A stretch of DNA of 64,000 nt, taken from contig NZ_JBAQOK010000097.1 of assembly GCF_049304695.1 (NCBI RefSeq), positions 25,810 through 89,809 on the forward strand. The letters are read 5' to 3'. Every line of letters begins with the position of its first letter. The first letter of the stretch is position 1. Below, one piece after another: positions 1 through 11,252 of the stretch. Both the position numbers and the translations under genes were made by a program. Below the pieces are notes generated by a model. It did no database searches, had not been told where the DNA came from, and saw only the letters and a list, made by a program, of their open reading frames with translations. The stretch is from Sphingobium sp. (GTDB lineage: Bacteria; Pseudomonadota; Alphaproteobacteria; Sphingomonadales; Sphingomonadaceae).

Positions 1-991
1 CGTCCGATATTTCGGCAAAGTCGGTCCAGTCGATATGGATGCCCGCCGCGCGGGCGATGGCGGGCAGGTGGATGGCGTGATTGGTCGATCCGCCGGTTGC
101 CATCAGGCCGATGATCGCGTTGACGATCGCCTTTTCATCGACGCAGTGGCCGATGGGCCTATAATCATCGCCGTCCCATCCGATGCTGGCCAGCCGATGC
201 GTGGCGGCGCGGGTCAGTTCGGCGCGCAACTTCGTGCCGGGGTTGACGAAGGAGGCGCAGGGCATGTGCAGGCCCATGACTTCCATCATCATCTGGTTGC
301 TGTTGGCGGTGCCATAGAAAGTGCAGGTGCCAGCGCCATGATAGCTGGCGCTTTCCGATTCCAGCAGTTCGTCGCGGCCCACTTTTCCCTCGGCATAGAG
401 CTGCCGGATGCGAACCTTTTCCTTGTTGGCGAGGCCGGACGGCATGGGGCCAGCGGGGATCAGGATCGTAGGCAGATGGCCAAAGCGCAGCGCGCCCATC
501 AGCAGGCCCGGCACGATCTTGTCGCAGATGCCGAGCATAGCGACGCCCTCGAACATCGCATGGCTGAGCGCCACGGCGGTCGACAGGGCGATGGTGTCGC
601 GGCTGAACAGCGAGAGTTCCATGCCCGACTGCCCCTGCGTCACGCCGTCGCACATGGCGGGGACGCCGCCTGCGACCTGCGCCGTCGCGCCGACTTCGCG
701 GGCGGCGATCTTGATCTGTTCGGGGTAGCGGCCATAGGGCTGATGCGCCGACAGCATGTCGTTATAGGCTGTGACGATGCCGATGTTCATGGCAGCACCG
801 GTTCGGATGACGCCCTTATCCTCGCCACTGGCGGCGAAGGCATGGGCCAGATTGCCGCACGAGAGCTGATCGCGGTTGGTGCCCGCATCGCGGCCCCGTT
901 CGATGAGGTCGAGATATTTCAGACGCGACTTGGCGCTGCGTTGCACGATGCGGTCCGTGACCTTGGCGATTACCGGGTTCAGTTCAGTCAT
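1..991 (-). CDS. edd: 6-phosphogluconate dehydratase (Edd), C-terminally truncated by the window edge
   Basis: Absent from the ORF track because it runs off the left edge. The reverse complement of 1-991 reads [52 protein letters not shown]...[30 protein letters not shown]...[26 protein letters not shown], typical of the IlvD/Edd family. The ATG (complement of 989-991) overlaps the zwf stop region by 8 nt. Confidence 0.9.
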   Translation of the reverse strand, partial: MTELNPVIAKVTDRIVQRSAKSRLKYLDLIERGRDAGTNRDQLSCGNLAHAFAASGEDKGVIRTGAAMNIGIVTAYNDMLSAHQPYGRYPEQIKIAAREVGATAQVAGGVPAMCDGVTQGQSGMELSLFSRDTIALSTAVALSHAMFEGVAMLGICDKIVPGLLMGALRFGHLPTILIPAGPMPSGLANKEKVRIRQLYAEGKVGRDELLESESASYHGAGTCTFYGTANSNQMMMEVMGLHMPCASFVNPGTKLRAELTRAATHRLASIGWDGDDYRPIGHCVDEKAIVNAIIGLMATGGSTNHAIHLPAIARAAGIHIDWTDFAEISD

Positions 992-2447
992 GCCAGCTTG
1001 CTCCATCACGTTCGATAAGGGCAATGGCCGACGACGGACCCCAGTTCCCCGAAGAATAGGCGGCAGGCTTCATATTTGCGTCCTTCCACCCGTCGATGAT
1101 CGAATCGATCCATGTCCATTGCGCCTCCACCTCGTCACGGCGCACGAACAGGGTCTGGTCGCCTGCCAGCAGGTCGAGGATCAGCCGTTCATAGGCGATG
1201 CGGCGGCGCTGCCCGGCAAAGGCGGCTGTCAGCGACACGTCGAGCGTCACTTCTTCCAGATGCACCTGTCGCTCCAGCCCCGGCCGCTTGCTCATGATGG
1301 TCAGGCGGATATGTTCGTCGGGTTGCAGCCGGATGATGAGCGTATTGGCGTCGAGGCCAGAACCGTGGCCGTCACGACCGAAGATCGAATGGCGCACGGG
1401 TTTGAACTGGATCATGATTTCGGACTGGCGCGCGGGCATCCGCTTGCCGGTGCGCAGGTAGAATGGCACGCCCTGCCACCGCCAGTTGTCGATATAGGCT
1501 TTGAGCGCGACGAAGGTTTCCGTGCCGGACGGCTGGCCCAGTTCGTCGGCATAGCCAGTGACGATTTCGCCGCCCACGGCACCGGGCGTATATTGACCGC
1601 GCACGCTATGCGTCTTGACGGTTTCGGCAGTCATGGGGCGCAGCGAGCGCAGCGCCTTGACCTTTTCATCCCGCACGGCGGTGGGATCCATGCGGGCGGG
1701 CGGCTCCATCGCGATGATCGACAGGATCTGGAGCATGTGGTTCTGCACCATGTCGCGCAGCGCGCCGACGCCATCATAATAGGAGACGCGCCCTTCCAGC
1801 CCGACAGTTTCGCCCACGGTGATCTGGACATGGTCGATACCCGTCGCGTTCCACAGCGGTTCGAACATCAGATTGCCGAAGCGTAGCGCCAGCAGGTTCT
1901 GGACCGTTTCCTTGCCCAGATAATGATCGACGCGGAAAATCTGTTCTTCCGCGAACAGCGCGCCGATGCCGTCGTTGACCTGCTTGGAGGAGGCGAGATC
2001 CTTGCCGATCGGCTTTTCCATCGCGATCCGCGTCCTGGGCGTGATGAGACCAGCGGCGGCCAGTCCCTGCGCGGTAGGGGCAAAGAGGGAGGGTGGCGTG
2101 GAGAGATAGACCGACAGGCCGCGTTCCAGCCGCCCGTCGATCCGTTCGGCCAGTTTGGCGAACTGGTCGGCATTGCCTGCTTCGACAGGCTGATACTGGA
2201 TCATCATGCCAAATGTCTTCGCGGTGTCGGCATCATAGAGGTCCGCCGCCAGGAATTTTTGTAGCGCGGCGTCCACATCGGCGCGAAAGGCATCGTCGTC
2301 CATTTCGGAACGGCCAGAAGCGACAATGCAGAAGTCGTCAGGCAGCAGGCCGTCGGACAGCAGATTGTAGAGCGAGGGAAATATCATGCGGCGGGCAAGA
2401 TCGCCGGTAGCACCAAAGAGCAGGAACGTGGCAGACGGTTCGGTCAA
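984..2447 (-). CDS. zwf: glucose-6-phosphate 1-dehydrogenase
   Basis: 487 aa. N-terminal [19 protein letters not shown] dinucleotide-binding motif and the RVDHYLGKE active-site motif. Confidence 0.97.
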   Translation of the reverse strand: MTEPSATFLLFGATGDLARRMIFPSLYNLLSDGLLPDDFCIVASGRSEMDDDAFRADVDAALQKFLAADLYDADTAKTFGMMIQYQPVEAGNADQFAKLAERIDGRLERGLSVYLSTPPSLFAPTAQGLAAAGLITPRTRIAMEKPIGKDLASSKQVNDGIGALFAEEQIFRVDHYLGKETVQNLLALRFGNLMFEPLWNATGIDHVQITVGETVGLEGRVSYYDGVGALRDMVQNHMLQILSIIAMEPPARMDPTAVRDEKVKALRSLRPMTAETVKTHSVRGQYTPGAVGGEIVTGYADELGQPSGTETFVALKAYIDNWRWQGVPFYLRTGKRMPARQSEIMIQFKPVRHSIFGRDGHGSGLDANTLIIRLQPDEHIRLTIMSKRPGLERQVHLEEVTLDVSLTAAFAGQRRRIAYERLILDLLAGDQTLFVRRDEVEAQWTWIDSIIDGWKDANMKPAAYSSGNWGPSSAIALIERDGASWHD

Positions 2448-2581
2448 AGGATGGTCCTTTTCCGTTAAATGTATCTATATCTGCACGATGACGCCTTATA
2501 ACGCGCGCGGAACAGAGCGCAAGTGAGGCTATAGGGGCATGCGCACGGACGCAACGCCCCAGACGTGAATAGCGTTCTAAA

Positions 2582-3031
2582 TCAGCGGTCCCCGTGCGTT
2601 TTGCCAATGCGATTGCGCCGCCAGTTGAGGATATGGGCGCCGGCCAGAAGGAGGCTGCCCGATACGGTCCATAATGTTTCGGTCAGGGCGGTAGCAGCGA
2701 GGAATGCACCGAACGTCATGGCAAGCAGGCCGACCGACCCAAGGCATAGAGGGCGGACGTCGCCATGCCTGCGCCCGCTCTGGATAAGGGCGAACAGGCT
2801 GGTTGGGATGGCGAGAGCGAGCATGATGATGTGAAAAGATTCGCCCGGATCAATTTGGTCCGCAAACGCCGGTAATAGGGCGAACAACAGCGGCAGGCCC
2901 AGGCAGTGGAGCGTACATAGCGATGAGGCGCATAGGGCAAAGCCGTCGAGCCAGCGGGATTCGCGTTTGTTGCAGGGCGCGACTGCTGCATCGCCACTTA
3001 AACCGGCGGCACAGCGCGTTTCATAAGTCAT
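2582..3031 (-). CDS. MerC-domain-like small membrane protein
   Basis: Four hydrophobic segments and a Cys-rich first helix (LCASSLCTLHCLGLPLLFALLPAF), as in MerC-domain proteins. I prefer the ATG at 3031 (MTYETR...) to the TTG at 3052 used in the track. Confidence 0.6.
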   Translation of the reverse strand: MTYETRCAAGLSGDAAVAPCNKRESRWLDGFALCASSLCTLHCLGLPLLFALLPAFADQIDPGESFHIIMLALAIPTSLFALIQSGRRHGDVRPLCLGSVGLLAMTFGAFLAATALTETLWTVSGSLLLAGAHILNWRRNRIGKTHGDR

Positions 3032-3181
3032 GGATCGTCCAACGAAATTCAATGATATAACATATCCTATTTAGGTGGGGCTGTTGGTTTGTTCAATGGC
3101 AGTTCGATGCTTTTCCGCACTCTGTTTCTTTTTCGGCTGGACGGCGGCGACGGATTTTGTCATCTGGCCACTCCCAGCCGT

Positions 3182-3266
3182 GCGGGCGTGGTGAAACTGG
3201 TAGACGCGCCGGACTCAAAATCCGGTTCCGCAAGGAGTGTCGGTTCGATTCCGACCGCCCGCACCA
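3182..3266 (+). tRNA. tRNA-Leu (anticodon CAA), encoded CCA
   Basis: Acceptor stem GCGGGCG/CGCCCGC. Anticodon arm CCGGA-CUCAAAA-UCCGG. Long class II variable arm. T arm GUCGG-UUCGAUU-CCGAC. Discriminator A followed by CCA at 3264-3266. Confidence 0.93.
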
Positions 3267-3374
3267 TTATTGCTTGGCCTCAAAACGCTGGGCCGTCGTA
3301 TCCCGGACCCCGGACATTTTCGCATGAACCGGGGCGGCCCATTGGCTTTTTGGCCCCGTGCGGCCCATGGTTAC

Positions 3375-4511
3375 TTACATCTTTGGCTGCGCCTGAAACC
3401 AGGGGATCATGCGGGCAATGGCGTCCTCCACCCTGTCGGTGGATACCGCGAAGCTGAAGCGCATGAAGCGGTGGCCGTCGACTGGATCGAAATCTATGCC
3501 GGGTGCGGTGGCGACGCCTGTGTCGCGCAATAGCTTTTGGCAGAAGACGAGGCTGTCGTTGGTCAGGTGGCCGATGTCGGCATAGATGTAGAAAGCGCCG
3601 TCCGGGGGCGCGATGGTGCCAAGGCCGAGCGCGGGCAGGGCGTCGAGCAGCAACTGGCGATTGCGGCGATAGGTTTCGACATGGCAGTCCAGTTCCGTCG
3701 TGCAATCGAACGCGGTCAGGCCCGCCTTTTGCGCAAGGACAGGCGGCGTCAGGAACAGATTGCCCATCCGCGCGCGGGCCGCGTCGATCAGCGCTTCTGG
3801 CACGACGATCCAGCCCAGCCGCCATCCGGCCATGCTGAAATATTTGGAGAAGCTGTTCACGATCACTGCGTCGGGCGCAAATTCCAGCATCGAGTGGGCA
3901 GGTTCGCCGAACGAGAGGCCGTGATAGATTTCATCCGAGATGATGCGGATGTTTCGCGCGGCGCAGACCTTTGCAATCCTTGCCAGTTCGTCGGCGGGGA
4001 TGATCGTGCCGGTCGGGTTCGCTGGGCTGGCGAGGATCAGGCCGTCGGGCGCAGGGTCTATAGCGGACAGCGCGTCTGCGCCGATCTGATAACGCTGCGC
4101 AGCGCCGCACTCGATTTCCAGCGGTTGGAGATAGAGCGCCTTTAGCGTGTTGCGATAGGCGACATAGCCGGGCCGCGCCGTCGCAACGCGCGCGCCGGGG
4201 GCGAACAGGCTGGTCAGGGCCAGGACCAGTGCTGGCGATGCGCCGCAGGTCAGGAAAATCCGCTCCGCGTCTACGGCGACGCGATGACGTTGTTGATAGT
4301 GAAGGGCGATCCGGTCCTTGAGCGCCGGGCTTTCCCAATAGCCCATCGGATCGGTGTCGAGGACATGGTGCGCGGTGGCGATCGCGGCGGCGGGTGCGCC
4401 GGTCGATGGCTGGCCGAACTCCATGTGCAATATGGACCGACCCTGCGCTTCGAGCGCATGGGCTTCGCGGCTGATGGCGATGGCATGGAAGGGGGCGATG
4501 GTGGATATCAT
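3375..4511 (-). CDS. pyridoxal-phosphate-dependent aminotransferase (class I/II)
   Basis: 378 aa counted from the ATG at 4511 (MISTIAPFHAI...). Contains ASPANPTG and the PLP-lysine motif SFSKYFSMAGWRLG. The 5' 105 codons of the track ORF look non-coding. Confidence 0.88.
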   Translation of the reverse strand: MISTIAPFHAIAISREAHALEAQGRSILHMEFGQPSTGAPAAAIATAHHVLDTDPMGYWESPALKDRIALHYQQRHRVAVDAERIFLTCGASPALVLALTSLFAPGARVATARPGYVAYRNTLKALYLQPLEIECGAAQRYQIGADALSAIDPAPDGLILASPANPTGTIIPADELARIAKVCAARNIRIISDEIYHGLSFGEPAHSMLEFAPDAVIVNSFSKYFSMAGWRLGWIVVPEALIDAARARMGNLFLTPPVLAQKAGLTAFDCTTELDCHVETYRRNRQLLLDALPALGLGTIAPPDGAFYIYADIGHLTNDSLVFCQKLLRDTGVATAPGIDFDPVDGHRFMRFSFAVSTDRVEDAIARMIPWFQAQPKM

Positions 4512-4577
4512 GCCGCCTGCCGTAAAGATGGGTGGGGGAGGCTGCAACCTTGGGATGGCGCGCGACGTTGGGGAGCG

Positions 4578-4841
4578 ATGAATGACAGCCTGCTCACTGC
4601 CTTGCAATATTATGGCGCCGGTGCTGCGACTCTCGCCGCGCTGGTTGTTTCGTTGAACTTTGGTCGGCGGATCACCGGATGGGCGTTCGTCCTGTTCGTC
4701 ACCAGTTCGATCGCGCTGATCCTTTGGGGATTTCTGGCGCAGGACAGCGAAGGGATCGGCTGGCAGAATGTCGCGCTGCTGTTCATCAACGCGATCGGCG
4801 TGTGGCGCTATCTGTTTTCGAAGCACAAGCCTCAGGAATGA
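4578..4841 (+). CDS. small 3-TM membrane protein, function unknown
   Basis: 87 aa counted from the ATG at 4578 (MNDSLLTALQYYGAGAATLAALVV...). Three hydrophobic helices and GC-rich third codon positions. The upstream part of the 185-aa track ORF is antisense to the aminotransferase. Confidence 0.55.
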   Translation: MNDSLLTALQYYGAGAATLAALVVSLNFGRRITGWAFVLFVTSSIALILWGFLAQDSEGIGWQNVALLFINAIGVWRYLFSKHKPQE

Positions 4842-5528
4842 TCAGCCGCCGACCTGTGCCTTGCTGACGTCCAGCCGCTTGCCGTTGGTGATGACGACGA
4901 TATCGCCCAGCTTCGTGGCGGCGAACAGTTTTTTGGCGAAGGGTGTCGGCACGCCGATGCAGCCATGGGTGGCATTGCCCCATTTGACGTTGCTGCCATG
5001 GATGGCGACGCCGTCGCTGGTCAGGCGCAGCATATAGGGCATGGGCGCGTCATAGAGGTTGGAGACGTGATCGGCGTCTTTTTGGGTGATGGGAAATGCG
5101 CCAAGCGGGCTGGGCTTGTCGGTTGCGCCATAGAGGATGACGGCGGCCCCGATTTCATAGCCTGCGCGGAAGACGGACAGGGTTTGTGCGCGCAGATCGA
5201 CGGTGATGATGACCGGCCCGGTGGCGGGCGCGCCCTTTTCGTCCCAGGCATAATCGCCGTGGCGGAAGGGACCGTCGATCTTGAGCACGCGCTTGACGGT
5301 CAGGGCGCGGGGGTCGAGCGTCATGGGCTGATCGCTGCGGCGTTCGGCGGGCTTGGCGGGGGGCGGCGCGGCTTCAGGGGCGGCGTGCGGGGCAGGCGCG
5401 GGCTTGGTTTCCTCCGCTGCCGGGCGGTCGATCCAGCCGGTCACGAGTGCGCCGATCGCGACGAGCGCTGCGCCGATCGCCAGCTTGGGTCCGGCTGTCT
5501 TTGCCATCGCTTTCAGCAGTCCCGCCAT
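4842..5528 (-). CDS. L,D-transpeptidase (YkuD domain)
   Basis: N-terminal membrane anchor and an Ala/Pro linker. Catalytic motif HGSNVKWGNATHGCIGV. Confidence 0.88.
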   Translation of the reverse strand: MAGLLKAMAKTAGPKLAIGAALVAIGALVTGWIDRPAAEETKPAPAPHAAPEAAPPPAKPAERRSDQPMTLDPRALTVKRVLKIDGPFRHGDYAWDEKGAPATGPVIITVDLRAQTLSVFRAGYEIGAAVILYGATDKPSPLGAFPITQKDADHVSNLYDAPMPYMLRLTSDGVAIHGSNVKWGNATHGCIGVPTPFAKKLFAATKLGDIVVITNGKRLDVSKAQVGG

Positions 5529-5671
5529 GTTCGTCCTTTGCGCTACGTCATGTTTGGGGCTGGGCCAGAGACGAAGGCTGTGTCCGTTTCGTTGGGGGAC
5601 ACCCCTCCGTCAGGCTTCGCCTGCCACCTCCCCTTGCAGGGGAGGATCGTTATGGCAGGAAAAGGTTAAGT

Positions 5672-7939
5672 TTAGGCTTCGCGGGCGACTTCGGCAGCGG
5701 CGATGGCAGTGAGGTTTAGAATGCCGCGTGATGTTACGCCGGGGGTGAGGACGTGGATCGGCTGCGACAGGCCCATCAGCATCGGACCGACGGTAGGCGA
5801 ACTGGACGAGGCGGAGAGCGCGGTAAGGGTGATGTTCGCGGCATCCAGATTGGGCATGACGAGAAGATTGGCCGGTCCTTCGAACCGGGTGTCTGGGATC
5901 AGCTTTTCGCGCAGCGCCTGGCTAAGCGCGGCATCGGCGTGCATTTCGCCATCTGCGGCAAGATCAGGCGCGGCCTGGCGCACCAGTTTCATGGCGGTGC
6001 GCATCTTGCGCGCGCTGTCGCTGTGCGATGCGCCGAAGTTGGAGTGGGACAGGAGCGCTACGCGCGGGACGAGGCCGAATTGCTTGAGTTCGGTTGCGGC
6101 TAGCAGGGTCATTTCGGCGATCTGTTCGGGCGTCGGGTTTGGCACCATATGGGTGTCGGTGATGAACAGCGCGCCTGCGTCGAGGATCAGGCCCGACAGC
6201 GCATAGACGCGACTTTGCCCCGGTACACGGTCGATGATGCGCAGGACATGTTCGACCTGGCCCCAATATTCGCTGTTGCCCCCAACCAGCGCAGCATCGA
6301 CGCGACCGGTGCGCAGCAGCATGGCGGCGGTCACGGTCGGGCGGCGATAGACATGACGGATGATTTCGGCGGCTGGCACGCCCCGGCGCGCGGCGACGGC
6401 GCGATAGCCCTCCACCAGTTCGCTCATGACTTCATGATCGGTTTCGGGATCGATCACCTCGACATCGCGGCCCAGCTCGAAACGCAGGCCAAGGTCAGGC
6501 AGTTTTCGATCGAGGATGCGGCGACGGCCAACGATGACTGGGCGGACAATGCCTTCGTCCAGTGCGTCCTGTATCGCGCGCAGCACGCGCTCATCCTCGC
6601 CCTCGCCATAGGCAATGCGACGCTGGCCGCCGCGTGCGGCTTCGAACACGGGCAGCATCAACTGGCCCGAACGGGCGTTCTGGCGCGTGAGGCTGCGGCG
6701 ATATTCGTCGAGGTCTAGCGGACGGCGAGCGACGCCGCTGTCCATCGCTGCGCGCGCGACGGCGACGGCGATTTCCCCGATCAGGCGCGGGTCGAACGGG
6801 GTGGGGATGATATAGTCCGGGCCGAACACCAGCCTGCGCCCGCCATAGGCCTGCGCCACGCTGTCATGCGCGGGCAGGCGGGCGAGCGCGGCGATGGCTT
6901 CGGCGGCGGCGGCCTTCATCGCTTCGTTGATCTGCGTCGCGCCGCAATCGAGTGCTCCACGGAAGATATAGGGGAAGCACAGGACGTTGTTGACTTGGTT
7001 CGGATAGTCCGAACGACCCGTGGCGATGATCGCGTCGGGGCGGACTTCGCGCGCGGCTTCGGGCCGGATTTCCGGTTCCGGGTTGGCGAGCGCGAAGATG
7101 AGCGGATTAGGCGCCATGAGCGGCAGCCATTCGGGTTTCAGCACGCCCGGCGCGGAGAGGCCCAGAAACAGGTTCGCGCCCGGCAGCACGTCGGGCAGGG
7201 TGCGCGCGTTAGTGGTGCGGGCATAGCGCGCCATATTGGGTAGCATGCCTTCGCGGCCCGAATGGATCACGCCATCCTTGTCCGTCATGGTGACGTTTTC
7301 GATCGGCAGGCCCATGGAGACGAGCAGATCGACGCAGGCAAGCGCGGCCGCGCCAGCGCCCGATGTCACCAGCTTCGCGTCGGCCAGCGTCTTGCCCTGC
7401 AACACCAGCGCGTTGCGCACGGCGGCGGCGACGACGATGGCGGTGCCATGCTGGTCGTCATGAAAGACCGGAATGTTCATCCGCTCCTTCAGGCGCGCTT
7501 CGATCGCGAAACACTCAGGTGCCTTGATGTCTTCCAGATTGATGCCGCCGAACGTCGGCTCCATCAAGGCGACGGCTTCCACGAACGCGTCCGGGTCGGT
7601 GGTGTCGAGTTCGATGTCGAACACGTCGATGTCGGCGAATTTCTTGAAGAGGACAGCCTTGCCCTCCATCACCGGTTTGGACGCCAGCGCGCCGATCGCG
7701 CCGAGGCCCAGAACGGCGGTGCCGTTGGAGATGACTGCGACCAGATTACCGCGCGCGGTATAGTCCAGCGCCTTGTCGGGATCGGCGGCTATTTCCATGC
7801 AGGGCGCGGCGACGCCGGGCGAGTAGGCGAGCGCGAGATCGCGCTGGTTCACCATTCTCTTGGTCGGTTCTATCCGCAGCTTTCCCGGTTGCGGGAAGCG
7901 GTGATAGTCGAGGGCGGCGCGGCGTGTGTTGTCGTCCAT
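5672..7939 (-). CDS. maeB: NADP-dependent malic enzyme (malic enzyme domain plus C-terminal phosphate acetyltransferase-like domain)
   Basis: 755 aa. Starts [19 protein letters not shown] and contains [12 protein letters not shown]. The long PTA-like C-terminal half is typical of MaeB. Confidence 0.95.
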   Translation of the reverse strand: MDDNTRRAALDYHRFPQPGKLRIEPTKRMVNQRDLALAYSPGVAAPCMEIAADPDKALDYTARGNLVAVISNGTAVLGLGAIGALASKPVMEGKAVLFKKFADIDVFDIELDTTDPDAFVEAVALMEPTFGGINLEDIKAPECFAIEARLKERMNIPVFHDDQHGTAIVVAAAVRNALVLQGKTLADAKLVTSGAGAAALACVDLLVSMGLPIENVTMTDKDGVIHSGREGMLPNMARYARTTNARTLPDVLPGANLFLGLSAPGVLKPEWLPLMAPNPLIFALANPEPEIRPEAAREVRPDAIIATGRSDYPNQVNNVLCFPYIFRGALDCGATQINEAMKAAAAEAIAALARLPAHDSVAQAYGGRRLVFGPDYIIPTPFDPRLIGEIAVAVARAAMDSGVARRPLDLDEYRRSLTRQNARSGQLMLPVFEAARGGQRRIAYGEGEDERVLRAIQDALDEGIVRPVIVGRRRILDRKLPDLGLRFELGRDVEVIDPETDHEVMSELVEGYRAVAARRGVPAAEIIRHVYRRPTVTAAMLLRTGRVDAALVGGNSEYWGQVEHVLRIIDRVPGQSRVYALSGLILDAGALFITDTHMVPNPTPEQIAEMTLLAATELKQFGLVPRVALLSHSNFGASHSDSARKMRTAMKLVRQAAPDLAADGEMHADAALSQALREKLIPDTRFEGPANLLVMPNLDAANITLTALSASSSSPTVGPMLMGLSQPIHVLTPGVTSRGILNLTAIAAAEVAREA

Positions 7940-7966
7940 GCGCGCGGCCTTAGAGCCTGTGTTTGC

Positions 7967-8872
7967 CTAGGGCAACCCAATGCGGTCCCAAGGGGCTGTC
8001 GGGACATAAAGCGTAACAAGAAATGCGATGAAGGCGGAGATGGCGGCGGGGGGATTATGCTGCGGCAAATGGATTGCGAACAGGCCGACATCTGCCGACC
8101 CTTCGTAATCCGGCAGGATCTGCCGAACATCGCCGCGCGCGAGCGATGCGCTGATATCCCAGAGCGAGCGTAGCGCAATGCCCCCGCCTGCGAGCGTGAG
8201 TTCGCGCACCAGTTCGCTGCTGTTGGTGCGGACATGGCTGCGTCCCTCCACCGTGACGGCACGTTTTGGCCCGCCCAGCCGCCAGGGCATTTGTCCGTCG
8301 GCAGCGAGCAGGCGATGGTTTTTGAGGTCCGCCACCGTTTTCGGCGTGCCGAAGCGGTCGAGATAGGCGGGCGCCGCGCAGAGGATGCGTCGGTTGGTGG
8401 CCAGCCTGAGCGCGGTGAGGCCCGGTCCGGGATCGGCGGTGATGCGGATTGCCAGATCGGTGCGGCTGTCGATCAGGTCGGTGAAATCGTCGGACAGATT
8501 AATGCTCAAATCCACCCTGGGATGGGCGTCGATAAAGCGTTGCAGATAGGGCGCGAGGTGGATGCGGCCGAAGGAGGTCGGCGCGGTGACGCGCAGTGCG
8601 CCCGACGCGATCGTCGATGTTCCCGACACGCGGCGCTCCGCATCGTCCAGCGCCGCAAGGATGCTGCACAAGTCGGCGTGCAGGCGCTCACCCGCCGGGG
8701 TCAGCGCCAGACGACGCGTGGTGCGATGGATGAGGCGCGCGCCCAGTCGCTCCTCCAGCCGGGCGAGGCGTTTGGACATCATGGCAGGCGAGATATGGAG
8801 GCGGCGACCGGCTGCTGCGAGGCCGCCTTCATCGACTATGTTGACGAACAGTTCGTGGTCGGGGTCCATCAT
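7967..8872 (-). CDS. LysR-family transcriptional regulator
   Basis: 301 aa. N-terminal wHTH (LFVNIVDEGGLAAAGRRLHISPAMMSKRLARLEERLGARL). Divergent from glcB and directly upstream of maeB. Confidence 0.92.
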   Translation of the reverse strand: MMDPDHELFVNIVDEGGLAAAGRRLHISPAMMSKRLARLEERLGARLIHRTTRRLALTPAGERLHADLCSILAALDDAERRVSGTSTIASGALRVTAPTSFGRIHLAPYLQRFIDAHPRVDLSINLSDDFTDLIDSRTDLAIRITADPGPGLTALRLATNRRILCAAPAYLDRFGTPKTVADLKNHRLLAADGQMPWRLGGPKRAVTVEGRSHVRTNSSELVRELTLAGGGIALRSLWDISASLARGDVRQILPDYEGSADVGLFAIHLPQHNPPAAISAFIAFLVTLYVPTAPWDRIGLP

Positions 8873-8960
8873 ATTCGTTCACCATAGGAATGACTGTTTT
8901 TGTATAATAGCAGATATACGGCATAATGGGAATCGGCTATTTCCATTTCAACATTCGCCT

Positions 8961-9050
8961 TCCCCGCGCAGGCGGGGATGGTTCGGAGATGGGTTCCCGC
9001 CGTAGTTTATCCTGATCGACTGCTGCGAGCAGTCAGTCGAAGGGCGGGAA
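8961..9050. repeat. composite REP-like palindromic element (copy A)
   Basis: Hairpin tccccgc-gcag-gcgggga at 8961-8978. Then arms ttcccgcc (8995-9002) and ggcgggaa (9043-9050) enclose the inner hairpin gactgct-gcg-agcagtc. It shares motifs with the elements at 22155, 50178 and 62542. Confidence 0.7.
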
Positions 9051-9081
9051 TGACGGAGATAGTGCGGTTGGGAGAAGAGCG

Positions 9082-11196
9082 ATGAGCGAACGGATGATCG
9101 ACAGGGCAGGACTTCGGGTTGCGCAGTCTTTGGTGGCGTTCGTTGAGGATCGCGCCTTGCCGGGGACCGGGATTGCAACAGACGGTTTCTGGAACGGCGT
9201 CGCCTCTCTTTATGCCCGTTTCGCGCCGGAGAATGCTGCGTTGCTGCGCACACGCGATACGCTTCAGGCGCAGATTGATGGCTGGCATGAAGCGCGTAAG
9301 AGGAAGCCGCATGACGCGCCCGGCTATCAGGCGTTCCTGCGCGAGATCGGCTATCTGGTCGCCGAACCTGCGCCCTTTACGATCGGTAGCGAGAATGTCG
9401 ATGATGAGGTTGCGCGATTGGCGGGGCCGCAACTGGTCGTGCCGATCCTGAATGCGCGCTTCCTGCTCAACGCTGCCAATGCGCGGTGGGGCAGCCTGTA
9501 CGACGCGCTATATGGGACGGATGCGATTCCCGGCGGGGCGACGGGCAAGGGATATGATGCGGCTCGGGGCGGACAGGTCATCGCTTGGGCCAAGGCGTTT
9601 CTGGATGAGGCGGTTCCGCTGGCGTCCGGGCGCTGGGCCGATCTGACGAGCGATGCCATCGCTCTGGCCGATCCCGCGCAATATGTCGGGAAGAGCGAGA
9701 AGGGGCGACTGTTTCGGCATAATGGGCTGCATATCGAGCTTGTCTTCGATGCCGATCATCCCATCGGCGCAAACGATCCGGCTGGCATAGCCGACGTCAT
9801 ATTGGAGTCGGCGCTGACGGCGATCTGCGATCTGGAGGATTCGGTCGCGGCGGTCGATGCGCAGGATAAGGTTGCGGCCTACGCCAACTGGCTGGGCCTG
9901 ATGAAGGGGGACCTGACCGAGACGTTCGAAAAGGGCGGCGCGATGATGACGCGGGCGCTGAACCCGGATCGCAGCTATTTTGCGCCGGACGGCCGCAGCT
10001 TTACGTTGCCGGGACGCAGCCTGCTGTTCGTGCGCAATGTCGGCCATCTGATGACGACGCCTGCGATCCTGCTGCCCGATGGTGGGGAAGCGCCAGAGGG
10101 GATATTGGACGGCATCGTCACCAGCCTGATCGCCATGCATGATTTGCAGCGCGAAGGCGGCAATAGCCGGGCGGGCAGCATCTATATCGTCAAACCCAAG
10201 ATGCATGGACCGGATGAAGCTGCGTTCACCAACCGGCTGTTCGACGCGATCGAGGATATGCTGGGGATGGCGCGCCATACGATCAAGGTCGGGGTGATGG
10301 ACGAGGAGCGGCGGACGTCGGCCAATCTGGCCGCCTGCATCCATGCCGTGCGCGACCGGATCGTCTTCATCAACACCGGCTTTCTGGATCGCACGGGTGA
10401 CGAGATGCACACGTCGATGCAGGCCGGGCCGATGATCCGCAAGGGTGAGATGAAGGCGAGCGACTGGATCGCGGCCTATGAGGATCGCAATGTCCAGATC
10501 GGGCTGGCGTGCGGGCTGTCGGGCCGCGCACAGATTGGCAAGGGCATGTGGGCCGCGCCCGATCGCATGGCCGACATGCTGGAGCAGAAGATCGGCCATC
10601 CGATGAGCGGCGCGAATACGGCATGGGTGCCTTCGCCCACGGCCGCGACGTTGCACGCGACGCACTATCATCGCGTCGATGTGTTTGCCCGGCAGGCCGA
10701 GCGTGCGGCGGAGGACGTTGCTTCGCTCGACCGGTTGCTGGCGATCCCGGTCGCGACGGCACGCAACTGGTCGGAAGAAGAGATCGCGCAGGAACTGGAC
10801 AATAATGCGCAGGGCATATTGGGCTATGTCGTCCGGTGGATCGATCAGGGTGTCGGCTGTTCCAAGGTGCCCGACATCCATGACGTCGGCCTGATGGAGG
10901 ATCGCGCGACGCTGCGCATTTCCTCGCAGCATATGGCCAACTGGATGCTGCATGGCGTTTGTTCGGGGGAGCAGATCGACGCGGCGCTGATGCGGATGGC
11001 GGCCAAGGTCGATGCGCAGAATGCGGGCGATCCGCTCTATCAACCGATGAGCGGGCGAGAGGCGCAGAGTCTGGCGTTTCAGGCGGCGCGGGCGCTGGTG
11101 TTCGAAGGATTGGAGCAGCCGAGCGGTTATACCGAGCCGTTGCTGCATGCGTGGCGCGCGCGCGCGAAGGCGCAGGCGGCTTTGGAGCCTGCCTGA
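9082..11196 (+). CDS. glcB: malate synthase G
   Basis: 704 aa. The length and sequence ([33 protein letters not shown]) fit the G-type malate synthase. Confidence 0.95.
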   Translation: MSERMIDRAGLRVAQSLVAFVEDRALPGTGIATDGFWNGVASLYARFAPENAALLRTRDTLQAQIDGWHEARKRKPHDAPGYQAFLREIGYLVAEPAPFTIGSENVDDEVARLAGPQLVVPILNARFLLNAANARWGSLYDALYGTDAIPGGATGKGYDAARGGQVIAWAKAFLDEAVPLASGRWADLTSDAIALADPAQYVGKSEKGRLFRHNGLHIELVFDADHPIGANDPAGIADVILESALTAICDLEDSVAAVDAQDKVAAYANWLGLMKGDLTETFEKGGAMMTRALNPDRSYFAPDGRSFTLPGRSLLFVRNVGHLMTTPAILLPDGGEAPEGILDGIVTSLIAMHDLQREGGNSRAGSIYIVKPKMHGPDEAAFTNRLFDAIEDMLGMARHTIKVGVMDEERRTSANLAACIHAVRDRIVFINTGFLDRTGDEMHTSMQAGPMIRKGEMKASDWIAAYEDRNVQIGLACGLSGRAQIGKGMWAAPDRMADMLEQKIGHPMSGANTAWVPSPTAATLHATHYHRVDVFARQAERAAEDVASLDRLLAIPVATARNWSEEEIAQELDNNAQGILGYVVRWIDQGVGCSKVPDIHDVGLMEDRATLRISSQHMANWMLHGVCSGEQIDAALMRMAAKVDAQNAGDPLYQPMSGREAQSLAFQAARALVFEGLEQPSGYTEPLLHAWRARAKAQAALEPA

Positions 11197-11252
11197 AACA
11201 GGCGCGCCGGGACGCAGCTTTTGGCGGCCCGGTGCGTTCTTTCATCGATTTG

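Noticed and set aside
35-1018. 327-aa plus-strand ORF at the left edge
   Set aside because: It is antisense to the clearly recognisable edd coding sequence. Its composition is Arg/Ala/Gly-rich, typical of the wrong frame in high-GC DNA.
2448-2581. Search for a HexR-type palindromic operator upstream of zwf
   Set aside because: The region is AT-richer (ttaaatgtatctatatctgc), but I could not find a convincing inverted repeat.
5590-5671. Sequence translating as ...SGFACHLPLQGRI... with the hairpin cctcccc-ttgc-aggggagg downstream of maeB
   Set aside because: It is probably just the maeB terminator combined with a common alphaproteobacterial intergenic repeat. There is a single copy in this window and nothing further to support a separate function.
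9508-11148. 546-aa minus-strand ORF. Similar long antisense ORFs occur at 10370-11407, 16415-17884, 22070-23293, 23278-24309, 25405-26436, 41273-42067, 42472-43455, 52643-54346, 54283-55566, 55780-57126, 60581-62470 and 63041-63859.
   Set aside because: All lie opposite genes with unambiguous family signatures (glcB, nuoD, nuoH, nuoI/J, nuoL, gltA, gltX, the lipoprotein, the TonB receptor, gspD, gspE). All have Arg/Gly/Pro/His-rich junk composition. Stop-codon-poor antisense frames are expected in high-GC genomes.
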